A stretch of 63,618 bases of DNA, the filler included, from Octopus bimaculoides (lineage: Eukaryota), in assembly GCF_001194135.2 (NCBI RefSeq). It is 8 parts of 8 records of this genome, joined end to end, with 100 filler letters (N's around TTAATTAATTAA, not from the genome) between each part and the next. Parts side by side here need not be neighbours in the genome. Positions count along the whole stretch, not along the records: positions 61,885 to 63,618 come from NC_068988.1; 7 more parts are not named here. One strand, written 5' to 3'. The notes below the pieces were generated by a model. It saw only the letters and a list, made by a program, of their open reading frames with translations, was not told where the DNA came from and did not search any database. A program made the position numbers and the translations under genes. How positions within the stretch are numbered: the stretch's first letter is position 1; each line of letters opens with the position of its first letter. Below are positions 63,087-63,618 of this stretch, piece after piece.

Positions 63087-63618
63087 AACGAGGAGGGTAT
63101 GAAATGGTCGTGGGATGTGCTAAAAATAACAGCTATATATCCCTTAAATCACGTACCAAAATAATTTTTTTCCTGTATAATCGTATTAATTCTCGTGTGT
63201 AGCACACAAATTTGTAAGAATTTTCTGAAAATTGCAAAGGGTAAAATTGTCATGAAGGATTATATGGCGTACTTAAAGCAAAATGCCGCTGAAGTTTATA
63301 TATCGGTTGCATTGGCTCTGACATCCGCGGCAGGTGAAAGAACGGAAATGTGAAACTCAGATGAAAGGGGATTAATGTTTAGGGGATTAGATGAGATATG
63401 ATAAAACTTTAAAATATGCATTGAGTATTATTTTTTACCCCTTTTTCGCATCAGCTTTCATTTAATAAACATATATGTACACACGCACACACACACGCAC
63501 ATACAAACATACACAAGCACAAAGTACATATACGCACATATTATATTCTTTTAGTCTTTTACTTGTTTCAGTCATTTTCACAGCGGCCATGCTGGATCAA
63601 TATATATATATATATATA

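Overview
Animal genomic DNA that is AT-rich and dense in microsatellites and transposable elements. The repeat families and the N44-TTAATTAATTAA-N44 spacers suggest an octopus draft assembly (inference). The only intact long ORF is a single-exon, 973-aa class I cyclic-nucleotide phosphodiesterase at 45045-47966 (+), with two GAF domains and a PDEase domain, closest to PDE5/PDE11. It lies on the same strand between two splice-bounded exons of an SLCO/OATP transporter (39471-39557 and 48900-49064), so it looks like a retrogene nested in an intron. Its C-terminal tail is unusual: an acidic E/Q linker followed by three [ISV]QT[DE] motifs resembling dynein light chain LC8 sites. The rest is TE debris: RTE, CR1/L2-like, R4-type and ORF1 LINE fragments, Penelope-like fragments, tRNA-headed SINEs, hAT and piggyBac MITEs, a DD37D-like transposase relic and a Helitron-like element. 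Several Penelope-type pieces carry minimal hammerhead-ribozyme motifs, one of them fused to a tRNA-derived head. No CRISPR, rRNA or intact tRNA gene is supported. Repeat coordinates are approximate, and all homology calls come from motif recognition by eye, not database searches.
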